DNA of 64,000 nucleotides from Balanoglossus misakiensis (Eukaryota; Animalia; Hemichordata). The DNA lies in assembly GCA_040954595.2 (NCBI GenBank), contig CM082579.2:7553625-7617624 (forward strand), read 5' to 3'. Position 1 is the first letter of the stretch, and each line of letters begins with the position of its first letter. The notes beneath the pieces were generated by a model. The model saw only the letters and a program-made list of their open reading frames with translations. It was not told the DNA's origin and did no database searches. The position numbers and the translations under genes were made by a program. Below, piece after piece: positions 1 through 14,700 of this stretch.

Positions 1-1334
1 ACTGCATGACCGAAAATGTGCAGTTACAACCACTCAAGTGTGTAGGCCAGTAGACCAACATCTCCAACACTGAACTCAAACTGACTGATAATTTCTGTAG
101 TCTTTTGTTTTAAAGTCAAACACCATTTCAACAATGATAAATTTGTTCTGTAGGAAAGAAATAATGGCAGCCACATTTATCATCACATCATTTATCTTTA
201 CTTGCAAGCGCAGATTGTGAACAAAAAAAAAATCCATGTACTTACAGTTTCCTGAGTTGTATTTGCAATCTCACCAAAGTGATTTGTAACTTTTCCATGA
301 CGAAATATCGTTGAACGGGTAAGCAAGAGTTGAAGGCGGTGTGATGGCTATAATGAGCATCGCGGGGTTAGCTAGATTCATAATACTACAAAGTAACACA
401 TGGCCTGGGTGATTAGCTTTTTGGACTTCATTTAGCTGGAAAAACACACACAATGCCTTCATTTCAATATTACTCTTACATTTGCCTTGAACAAGCTGCG
501 CACGACACTTTTGAAAAAAGCTGAGCCGAGCTCTCTCCAATTCAGATTTCATGTTCATTGTAGCAGCTGCCAATTTTTGATGTAAAATATTATCAATATT
601 TACACTTTTTGTCTGTCACATGTAATGATATAAAAATTGCTTTGAGACTAGAATGGAATTTTCACATTATTATGATTTCATTTTTTGTAGTTCAAGATCT
701 TCAAACCATTCCACTCAATACTGATACAGTTCAAATTTTGAAACTCAAAAAAAAGTGTACAAAAAACCTGCCTTTTTTGGAATTTTCTGTCATTTTGACG
801 ATTCATGTTGAGTAAAGATCTCTGAAGGATGTAGATTTCAGAAAGTATATATTCAAAATAGTTTCTTCTTCTAGTCAAGAAATCGGAGCATTCAAATTGA
901 GACTCGAAGCTTGAGATTTTCAACATCTAAATATTGGGTGGGAATTAAGAGAAGAATCTGAACTCAATTGAAAAATCACTTTGTTGTATGTCTTTACACA
1001 TTTGTCAAATCGCACAAAATCAAATGAATTTCACAGCCTGTCGGTGAAAAATTTCCATTCTTGAGAAAATTGTGTGAATACACATGAAGTCTTCCGTAGT
1101 CTTTTTAGTACGTCAATTTTTCTGTTTCTGAGCTGGAAGTGCATAATTTACACACGAGGTTCTGCAGTAGTGTTGCAATATTATATTTCCATTGGCAAGC
1201 CTTGTGGCCTGATAAGTGAATATAGTTCTTGATTTTTAATAAGCTTTGGTTTTTTGCGGGTTTTCTTATCGGTTCTGTGAAAATATGATATCAAACTGGG
1301 AAGATTTGTAAAAACTATCTACATATCATATATA

Positions 1335-1407
1335 TACCAGGGGGTGCCACTCTCAGCTCTCAATTGGTGTAGCTGATCACAAATACACGAATGAGCACCC
1401 CGTGGTA
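1335..1407. mobile_element. Short MITE-like element with terminal inverted repeats, TA-flanked
   Basis: taccagggggtgc (1335) and gcaccccgtggta (ends 1407) are inverted repeats matching 12/13; a related copy lies immediately downstream. Confidence 0.5.
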
Positions 1408-1416
1408 GGTCATATC

Positions 1417-1538
1417 TGGGGGTGCCAGTCCAAAGCACCAAATAGTGTTGTTGGAGGTAATGTGCGAGTGAGCATGCCCTATTGTTTGGTGAATCAGTAT
1501 GGCGTTGCAGATCACAATTTTGTGGAGCAGCACCCCCT
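1417..1538. mobile_element. Second, longer copy of the same MITE-like family
   Basis: gggggtgcc...gcaccccc termini; internal tggcgttgcagatcacaa resembles tggtgtagctgatcacaa in the copy at 1335-1407. Confidence 0.45.
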
Positions 1539-2789
1539 TACTATTTCAAAAGTTACAGTATCACTTTAGTTGAATGCATTTCTTTCCTCACATTATGTAA
1601 AGTTAAATATTTTTACAATCTATTAGTGTTGATTTTAGAGTGCTTTCACAATAAACACCATAAAGATTGGATTTTATGGAATTTGAAGTTTGACGATTGA
1701 GTCAAAAACAAGCAAATAAATAGAGATTTCTGCACAATTTTTATGTCTGAGTATGCTTTTTTGAAACATTGTGGTGAAACAGCCTGCTCAACAATGACTC
1801 CTCATGTGATTGATTGCTTGCATGCAACACTATGTGGTCGGAATCATATCCCTCCCACACATACAGTTGTGCATATCCAGCATACAGAAAAAAATAATCT
1901 TGATTAGATCAATATTTAGTTTGGACTCAGGATTGTTTTATTATATACCGAGTACCGTACATTGTGACATAAATATATATTTACAATAGAATACAAAATT
2001 TTATTTCTGCAAAACACAATTCTACAAAGTACTGAAATGAAAGCTCTCTTGCTATGAATGAAATCCCTATGGAATAGCATCCCCAATGTTCAGTGTTTAA
2101 GTATCTGCTGCAGACCAATAATATACAGAAATATTTTAAATACATATACACCACACCTCAGCTTAGCTGATTGTTAAAAAATTATCCTGGAAACTAGGAA
2201 CCGTCATAAGTCATAGATGAATATGTCAATAAAAGCTGACCAAAGGATTGTTTTAAATATAAAGATAAAGATAGAAATGTATATTTTTGATTATGATTGT
2301 TTTGATATTTTTGATTAGAATGATTGATTCGAGGAGAGTGAATAACGCAAATTTGAACTTACATTTGATCCTTAAATGCTCCTGATAAAATGTTCCCATT
2401 ATAAGATTAAAGATCAACTATATAGCAGACAAGTTTTTAAAAATAATATTTGACAATGACAGAAAAAATCTGCACTGTTTGCTCTCAGAAATGTATTTCC
2501 CTCACTCAACCGCCCACCTGGCAAAATAACAAAGATTTAAAAAATAAAAACAGAACATGCATATCTAAGCTAATTTTTTGACATTTTGTAAGTCAAGGTT
2601 ACAAAAATGGTTACTTTTGATACAGAATTATATTATAGAAGTCTTTGTAGTAATCTAAAGTCCTCTACTCTCAGCACTCTTAAATTGTAACCAGCAAAAA
2701 AAAACCTCACATGGGAATATTTTTGTGACATCAAAATTTCCTTAAGTAAAGAAGTACAACTGCATGAAATGGATTGTAAGTCGCAGATA

Positions 2790-4128
2790 TCATCCATAGA
2801 AGAAACCACCATTATTTGATGCACCCGGGGTTGTAATGTAGGATCTTTCAAATGTCTTGTCAAAACCTGGAAGCAACAAGAAACAGGAATGCAAAACAGA
2901 GTCGGCAGTGATGACTGTGTAAGAGCAAACATGTAAACATATGAAGCCCATATTAAAAACAGAATGTGTTCTTAATTCAGTGTTTCTGCAAAATATGATG
3001 AAAGAATGCCAACATATCATTATTTAGGCACCAAGTCTTAACATCAAGCAACGATGGAATGAAAATAATACATATTTCATATATTGATATTGTAAAAAAT
3101 GTTGACTTACCATAAGGGAAGTACTTTACTCTCATTTCAATTTCATTGGAAGACTTTAATACCTTGACAGCCTGTGGGGGAAATGTTTCAATACTTATAT
3201 TGAAATTGAGAGGTGTTGGACATTGTTCTTGCTTCAAAAAGAGAGATTTAATGTCCATTATATCTCAAATGTATAATCCTTCCTGCTTCACACTAAAAAA
3301 TAAGCAATAAACTCACATCATCGTGCGGCAAATCTTCAAAATTATACCCATTCACACTGAGGAGTTTATCGCCAACTTGAATACCGACCCTCTCTGCATT
3401 GGATCCTGGGTACACCTGGAATGTGAAAATACCGGTATATGAAAATTCGCACCAATGAGAATGCTTATTCTGTAGACAAAGGGATCAATGCTTCTACTGG
3501 GCAAAACTTAAATATGTGAAGTGTTACCTTGGAAACATAAATGCCACAGCGATGTTCCTTGCCACCACGGATGTTAAAACCAAGCTGTAACATAAAAATG
3601 AACATAAAAAAATATTCAAATAAACACACCAACCACGTTTTATTATAAGGTAAACATGACATATTTTCAAGAGCACCGATGTTAAAATTTGTGTGAAAGA
3701 TTACCAACAATTATGTATCACCACCACATCACCTGATCATTGTGTCTGTTCCGTCTGAATTTCACAGTTCTCGGTAAAAACAGTCGCAGATCACTGTCAT
3801 AGTCTGGGTGTCCTCTTGTCTGCAAAAAATGAACAAACAAAGAAACAAATATACGAGTTCAAATGGCATTCTGTTCTTAACATCAAAATCAGACTTCTAT
3901 TTAAAGTATCAAGTCTAACCAGCGCACAGGTTCTGCGTCTTGCTTTTACGTGGATCTGCCAACAGAGTGCTGAACTTGTGAGCTGGTAGCCGGATATAAA
4001 AAAAAAAATACATTGAAGAGATAATTTGTTACCTCATTAACTGGTCGCCATGGTGGTGGATGTTCATAAGGTGGCAGGAACACTTTGATCATTCTGTCTC
4101 CATTATTGTCTTTTCTAACACTACCCAT
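2790..4128 (-). CDS. PDZD11: PDZ domain-containing protein 11 (158 aa, 6 coding exons)
   Basis: Exons 4128-4033, 3819-3733, 3584-3528, 3415-3317, 3171-3111, 2866-2790, all GT-AG and phase-consistent. Translation includes [70 protein letters not shown] and AVKVLKSSNEIEMRVKYFPY, collinear with vertebrate PDZD11 (VFLPAYENPPAW...LGFNIRGGK...MRVRFFPY). Confidence 0.93.
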
Positions 4129-4659
4129 TTTGCTACAAAAATATGATATAGTGTAATAACTATCAGTTTGCATGATTTTTAAATATATCCAGGTCCTTCT
4201 ACACTTGAATATAATATTTCACCTTTTGCAACTGTACTGTCATGTTGGTTGGTCTGTTTTCTTTCATAATGATTAAGTATTAACCCAACAATTGAATTGC
4301 AATATTTCAGGGGGGTTTTCAAGTTTGTGAAAATCAAGTTCTGTTCTATTGAATTTTACAATTATTTTGAATGCACAACGCCTTCATCATTACAGACAAA
4401 TCTTTCTGGATGAAACTGAGAGTCTGAAAATATTTCTGGCTATATCTAGCAAACTCCACATCCTATCCCATACATGTACATTTCTACTTTCGCAAAGTTA
4501 GGACTGTAAACACCCAGAGAAATTCTGCCGCATTAGTCCATGTTATGGCCCATGGCTTGAGTATGTTCCTATAAAACATCGTCTCGTTTGTGTGTCTCTT
4601 TCAAGAGTATAACTAAAATTGTACGATCTTGCAAAAGTGTGCATTTTGTAATGTTCTAA

Positions 4660-5011
4660 GGTACTCACAGAAAGAAAACAAGTTGCCCTGCCTAAACCGG
4701 AAGCCCAATCAGGTGACAGAAGCCAAACAAGGTCAAGGGTCAACACTCTGTTCGAACAGTTATGATCGTTGATTCTTTTCTCCAATGGATCTAGTTTCTT
4801 GAACTTTTTATCTATTTAAGCTATATTCACACATTGGGAGGAACATGAAGAGGTGGAGCAAAAGATAAAGAAGAGGAAAAATGTTTCTCCCAACATTTCA
4901 GTGTAACGTAAAGCATGCAAAGTTTTCATCAGTATCTTGCAGCAAGGCATCTGAATTGTAGGTGCGAAATAACGAACATACAATCGTTCTCTTTCGCCTC
5001 GATCATCCAAC
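4660..5011. promoter_or_regulatory. Divergent PDZD11/RPS3A promoter with TCT/5'TOP initiator
   Basis: Pyrimidine tract ttctctttc at 4987-4995 lies about 20 nt upstream of the RPS3A ATG, typical of ribosomal protein genes. ETS-like ccggaag at about 4698. A minus-strand donor gtgagt at about 4668 suggests a non-coding first exon of PDZD11. Confidence 0.65.
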
Positions 5012-7560
<2,549 letters not shown>

Positions 7561-9059
7561 AAAAATCAAGTTGAATTCAGAGACTGTAAAAAAAAATGAC
7601 ATGCATGACAGAACTGACTGAATAAAAAAGGCTCTGTTTACACACTGAATGTGATCTGTTGTGTTTTGATGTTGAGGAGTGAAAAGGTGGTGTGGATCAG
7701 CAATAGTAGTGGCCAATTTTTGAGCTCCACTACTTGACGTTGCATCCTGAATGTTTGCTCATAAATGGGACCACCAGTTTTAATTTTACACATAATCACA
7801 GCAAGCTTAATAAAATACCTTGCAGCCATGATGGAACTAACAGTTACAGGAAATTGTGCACAAACCATATGACAATCACATGACTACAACAATATCACGA
7901 TTTCATCCTCTTTCACAAATGGTCAACCAATTTCTGCAACTTGTGAGGTTGTTTCCAACCCTTATAAAGTCTGACCATTGAACATTATATCCGGCCATGT
8001 CCCTGATTTGACCATCAAAAGTTGAAAATCCCTTCAAACAGCTGCAAGTCTTCAACGCAGTTGAATGTAATGCATCGACAAAAAAATGATGCAGCTCATC
8101 GCGCAAATGGACAACGTGATATTACCACCATGAGCCTTTGTCATCTGAATCCAAATTTTCGGCTGCCAACCCAAATCATCTATCCACAAAACAGAAATAG
8201 GTAGAAGACAAGACTGGTAAAGAGGCAAAATTGCTCACTTTTTACATCTTGGTCATTGTAGTCTGCTCATTACTAGCTGTGGAATGGCTCAGGTAAAAAT
8301 ATCAAGGCAAATTGGTCATCTGTCAGTCATATTGGATCGTATTGCAACACAAATTGATGTGCATTAACAGTTATACCATCTACTGTCTATGGTTATACCC
8401 GCTTTCCAGGACTGGTTCAGGGATGTTTTCTTTATCACCTTAATCCGTTGATGGAGTACACAGATTAATTAGCAGGTGCTTATGTAGGTAATGGGCAACT
8501 TGACAGCTTGTATTGATCTGGACTAGCAACTGATAAGTCAGGACATTTGGGTGACAAAAACATTGTTCAGAAAGGAATGTTTATTGATAAAAGTGTAGAT
8601 CAGAACTTCTCCTTCGGTTATCACCTATTTTGTCGGCAATCCATTGTGGTTTAACTAGCAGCAACCACCAATCCACATATCATGAAAAGAGTATCAGTTA
8701 GGGCATAGTACCTCCATGGTTACCGGTTAGGGCAAGGTGAGTTAGGGCAAGGTTGCGGTTACCCTCCCACAGAAAAATGGATTGGCCCTGGGTATGGTCA
8801 TTATTTCCCATCATTCAATTTGAAGGAAGCGAGAAATTTATCTGTGACCTGCCGACAGAGCTGGTATCTCATTGGATGTTAGCCAGAGAGTAATTTCACA
8901 GAACGTTCCTTTGCAAGCATTATTGAGAGGATATTTCGCAACTGGACACACATTTTAAAACGCAATAAAGTATATCGAGTGTATCTTTTAGCGTGCAGAT
9001 AGTCTGAAGCTCGAAATGTGGCGAGTTTGCATTTTCTTTCCCTTATCAATTTTCCGGGG

Positions 9060-9310
9060 CTTTCCAAATCAGCCAATGAGAGACGATCTTACATTTATCG
9101 CACCTACTAAGATGCTTACATTTGGCGCCATTTTGATTCAAACTAGCGAAGCCACAACGTAGAGGACAAAAACACTGTTTTTCTGACAGAAAAGTCCGTC
9201 ACTACGGGGCGAAGTCCTGTGGTATTCTGTAGAGTATTTTTCGGAGTCCACGTTTGCATAAAAATTTCGAGTGTTTGCAGCACGCTGAAACCGTAAAATT
9301 TGCACTGAAG
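9060..9310 (+). promoter_or_regulatory. PDS5 promoter and non-coding first exon
   Basis: CCAAT box (agccaatgag, 9071); YY1-type cgccatttt (9126-9134); CpG-enriched; strong donor AAG|gtaagc after 9310; acceptor cctctag before 11736, upstream of the ATG. Confidence 0.65.
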
Positions 9311-11765
9311 GTAAGCGTCGTTACCGATTGTTCGGGTCTTTTAATATTATCCTTGCTGCGTGAGTTATGTGAAGTGGTTTATCCCAGTAAAAACATGGAT
9401 CGGAAAGTGTACGGACACGTATTTCATTCCACCATACGCCATCATGGTCAGACATTTTCATGTCCGCCGCAGCACTGTTTTCCGCATTCAGAATTTTTTC
9501 GTGCGAGTCGCTAGTTCGCAGTAATGAAAAGGTCGCCCTCCTGAGAAGCCACCAGTGTAAATAATAAAGACTGTATTCGTTTTTCCGCCGATATACTGAT
9601 TACGCACAGTGTTCGGTATAAGTTCAAATGCCTTTGTTCCACCCGATCAAATTTATTGTTTGTAGTTTCTGATCCGATATAATATTCTCCGTACGATTGT
9701 TTATTTATTTATTTAACAATGATTTCAATCTAATTTTTAAAGACGCCCCAAAACGGATTGTTGTACTGGGCTGGGCCTGGGTGATTTGTTGAACACATCA
9801 CAGGCAAACCACCGTATGGAGGGAGGCACGATTTTGCTTGGCGAATTCGTACATCAAAATAGCCAACAACAAAATATAGGCACTGGAGATACATCCATGC
9901 AATATTGAACTGCACATTGTTGGAGAAATCTGTATGGTTCGTGTGATATTCTGTAGTTGCATGAGAAATTTATTTTTTTCATTTGTGAAGGAGGCATCTG
10001 AAAACTAGTAAGTGTTTTGATCATGGTGAACTTTGCTCTCTATTGATCTTGCAACAGAATTGTCTCTGATGTCTGGATTGTCAGTTTGGGATTACCTGCA
10101 GTTTAGTGTTTGGGATTTTTACCTGAGCTCACTGCCCTAGTTGTTTTTATAATATAACTGCGCGAGTACTGTTTTCACAAACAAGCCTGACATGATAGCA
10201 CGCTATGTGAACCATTTCTCGGTTGTGAATGACTAGTTGAATGACCTGAAACAGCAATCTTGAATTCTTTAAAATCAGTAGGACACATCTTTTCTGAAAT
10301 GTTGTAATTCCCTTGTATAATCAAAGTTACAGTTAGGAAAACTGGTGTTAAAGCCAAACTGGTGATTGAGGTTTTTCTGTGTCAGTGTCTGGGCCTTTGT
10401 TTTCCTTCAATATGTTGCAGTCCAGTCATGAGTATAATGTGATCTTCGTTGTTCGCAGTGTAAAAATGTGCTTCGCTTTTTATAAGTCATCAGGCATCAC
10501 CTCTGAAAACAGCCTGTTGCTTTGTGTGCTATGGCTTTCTGCACACTGGAGCTAAGGTTTGAATTTAAATTTCGCCAGGTAAACCTAGGTTCATGCACCA
10601 GTGAACATGTGAATCGTCACTTGTGCATATACATGTATACTTGTTTGCCAACTGGTTATGGCCATCTGATTCAGTATAATCAATTTCACATTGAAGGAAG
10701 CCCTACAATTCTTAGATCTCAACCAGTTTGATGGCCAACTACTTATTGTTAGACATATTTGTCATGTGAATTCACTTGTCTGCTTACAACTTGTGCATCC
10801 TGTGCCTCCTATTGGTGCAGAGATTGTCAACTAAACAGCATTTCAACATGGTGAGAAACGAGTATTATCCATGTAAATTTCACTGATGTGAGTGCATCAA
10901 TTACATTACAGTCAATGTGGACTCTCTTGTGCGCCATAACAGAATAAACACAGTCGCTCGCAGACGGTTTATCAGACAAAACACTACATGTCAACCAAAG
11001 GCAGTACTGCCGACATGTTCCAACTTGTTTGATGGAATATATTGATTTCAGTTGGTGAACCAAGAGGAACCAGTTAAATTTGAATTTATTTTCTCATTCA
11101 TGTATTAATGATTGGTACACAGAGAAACGGGTCAACTGTTGAATTTTGGGCAATGTGAGCAAAATCAAGGCCTGTATTATATGATAATGTAGTCATGGTC
11201 AGACATGTCTACATGTACCACCGTTTGCCATTCCACCTCAAGATCAGCTTTGTTCACCATAACTTTATATCCCTTTTTGTTACCTTACATGTGTTAAAAG
11301 CTGATGAACATCATTTTATGCCCAACAATAGCATGTCATCAAAGTATAATTATAAAACATGTCCATTAATGATTTTGTTACAAATTAAACATTCTTTCTT
11401 TATGGACCGTATGTTTTTTACAACATGTAGATTACGGTACCCTCCATCTGTTAGCTCAGCCCATCCATTTGTCTTGAGCCAGTACTCAGACATACCTGGA
11501 CTGATTAGTGATATCCTTCCACCATGAGTTCCTTCAGTGTTGTCATAGTTACTGATCCGGAAGGGACCAGGTCATTGAATTTGACAATGACTCGTTTTGT
11601 CCTGTCACACTGGCGAGATTCCATGTCAGTTACTGTACAGTGTTATTGTTAAGGGCTATTGGTCTGTAATCTTCAAATGCTCTGGGGGGAATACTGATTT
11701 GGAAATTAAACTAGACTGATCCATTATACCTCTAGGGTTGACTGTGCTTGGTTGTCAAGTTCAAG

Positions 11766-14700
11766 ATGACCAAGGTTAAGGATATTGTGTATCCACCTGG
11801 CGTGAAGGACATTTCACAAGGTCTGTCTAAAGATGAGCTCATCAAAAGACTTAAGGTAAGACTGGGGTTGGAATTTGGTTGTACCGTTATCCCCACTAAA
11901 CTTCCGGTTGCATTAAAAGTCTGAGTTACAAGTTAAAGATGTATAAACACCAGTACATTTATTTCTGACCATTAAGAGATATCAATTTTGGGGGGTCACC
12001 AAGTTCAATTGGGTTGTAAGTCATAACCGTCTGGCATTGTTTTTGAGTGTATACTATACTTAGTCCCCCCCCCCCCCTCCCTCTTATATCAAATCATCTC
12101 ATTCTCCGTTTCCCACCACATCTTCCAGACCCTTGCCAGGTTTTTCCAAGATATGGATCAGGAAGAAGAGAAAGACCAATACGAACCCCTGGCACTGTAC
12201 TTGGTGGACGAATTCTTTTTGTCACACGCCAGCAAGGATGTACGACTGTTGGTTGCGTGCTGTCTAGCTGATATTTTCCGTGTATTTGCCCCCGAAGCTC
12301 CTTACAAGAGTGGGGAAGAATTGAAGGTAAAAAATTGGAAATGTTGATTTATCCATTGTGCAATTATGCTGCGTAGAGCTTGCTTTCCAATCCGTCTACA
12401 TTTTAGCCCAGAGGAATACCCTCTCTTCCACTGCCAAGTGATGTATACGTTTTCTTCAACAATTGATTCTGTGTCGATTTTTGTTCAAATTGCAGAATAT
12501 TTTCCAGTTTCTCACCAAACAACTGCGGGGACTTGACAACGTCAATGGTCCCTTCTGGAAGCGCTACTTCTATCTGCTGGAGAACTTGGCAATGGTCAAG
12601 TCGTACAACATCTGCATGGAGTTGGAAGAGTCTAGTGAAATATTCACAGAACTGTTCAGGACATTCTTTGCAATCATCAAGTAAGAGCGCAACCTTTCTG
12701 ATTTCATGAGATTGACCAAGTAATTATTTGGAATTAGATTGAAAGCGATTCTTTAAAATGAACTTCTTGTAAAATTGTCACCCCGTGGCTTCCAGAAGAT
12801 TTGTTGCGAGATGAAATTGTAAAATTAATCTTCATTGGATACACATGCGTCCTTAATAAGCTTACACCAGTAGTGCATTGGCAAGTACACAAAGCTGAGG
12901 TATTTCTTACCAATTATTTTGTAGTGATAGCCACAGCCCCAAAGTCAAGAATTTCATGCTTGATGTGATGTGTCCATTGATTATGGAGAATGACTCGGTA
13001 GCTCAGGATTTGCTGGATGCCATCTTGATCAACTTGGTGGAACCCAATAAGGTGAGTCAATAATAACAATTCTGATGTCAACCTAACAATCCAATGTTCA
13101 ACCCAAAACTTTAAAACTTATTTCTTACTGTATGCCAAGGTAAAAGTTGGTGAGCTCCTTGAGACCGACTGTTGTTCGATGTTTGTCTCTTGTTGTTTTT
13201 CCGATGTGTGAATTTGATACAATTCTGATATTTTTTTGTCCAATTTCAGAGTGACAACCAAATTGCGTACACACTGTGTACTGACCTTATCAAAAGAACT
13301 GCAGTTGCTTTGGAGCCTTTTCTGCAAGGAGTAAGTATTTGCTGTATATTTTTATTTGTTCAGTAAACCTTATCAAAAGAACTGCAGTTGCTTTGGAGCC
13401 TTTTCTGCAAGGAGTAAGTATTTGCTGTATATTTTTATTTTGTTCAGTAATCGATACAAATCCACTGGGAGACGTTTATGCAAATGTATGCCGTACTTAT
13501 ATAAAAAGTGGTATAATCAATTTATCTTTTGGGCATCAGCTTTTATGTTGATGATTGACAACTTATCCTTTGCACACAGTTTTTCAACAATATGCTGATA
13601 CTTGGGAGGACATCTGAGAGTGATGTGTCTGGCCACCTCTATGAACTCATCTATGAACTCAACATGATATCCAACAGCGTCTTGCTGTCGGTGCTGCCTC
13701 AACTCGAACTCAAACTCAAGGTGAGATCTCAAAGAAATGTTTTCTTGCATTTTCTTATGGGACTTCAGATATCTGCTTATGAAGGACTTTGCCTATAGGG
13801 GAAGAAATCTCATAAAACAGTGAATAAAGGGAAATGTGATTGGTGTGGTTTAGACTGATGCCAGAGTAACAGGGTCCTCAAAATAACCTCATATTATTTA
13901 GAACTAATCACATAAAAAAATTTCAGACAAATGATGAGAACGAACGACTTTCTGTGACCAAGTTGCTGGCAAAGATGTTCTCTGACAGGGATTCCGACCT
14001 TGCTGCACAGAATAAACCACTTTGGAATTGTTTTCTGGGCAGGTAAGTTAGTGAATGTTTGTGTAATGGCAGCTCCCGCAATTCACACTGAGATATAATT
14101 TCAGAATTATGGCAAAGTATGCACAAAGACATAGTGACAGTGTTTTCAACTTCTTTAAGATGATATTATGAACATGTTTGAGATTGCTACATATCAGATG
14201 TTAACACACATTCATATTAAGTCTGTGTCAAACTTAAAAACTGTATTCAACATTTGTGACTTTTGACCTTGTATCTGTAGGTTTGCAGATGTCAGTATAC
14301 CAATCCGTACAGAGTGTGTGAAATACACTCAGTACTTCATCCTGTTCCACCATAACTTACTTCCCGACGTCAAGGGTGAGTAGGAAATATTAATTGTGAT
14401 CATACATACCCATCCATATTCTAAAGTTCATAGGTCAAGTGTACAGACAAACAGTAAAAAAGCAATACATCACAGCACAGAGTAAAAAAAACACACTGAA
14501 ATCAAGACCGTGGAAGACAGATTTATGGACTTCTGGCAAAAAAAAGCACCAGGATGTGAGGTGTTTCGAAAATAGTAAGCAAACCCTGCCCTGGCGCCCA
14601 CAATATATCATTTGAGAATTCAAATATTTTGTTTACGTAGTGGCATTGTCAAACAGAAGTGAACTGTGATTGAGTGCGTTATATGTCTCCCAACAGAGCG

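Noticed and set aside
80-1280. Minus-strand ORF fragments with scattered splice-like sites
   Set aside because: No phase-consistent model or recognisable domain; possibly a decayed repeat.
7903-8180. Exon-like minus-strand segment with faint death-domain resemblance
   Set aside because: Stops interrupt the candidate frames and the similarity is too weak.
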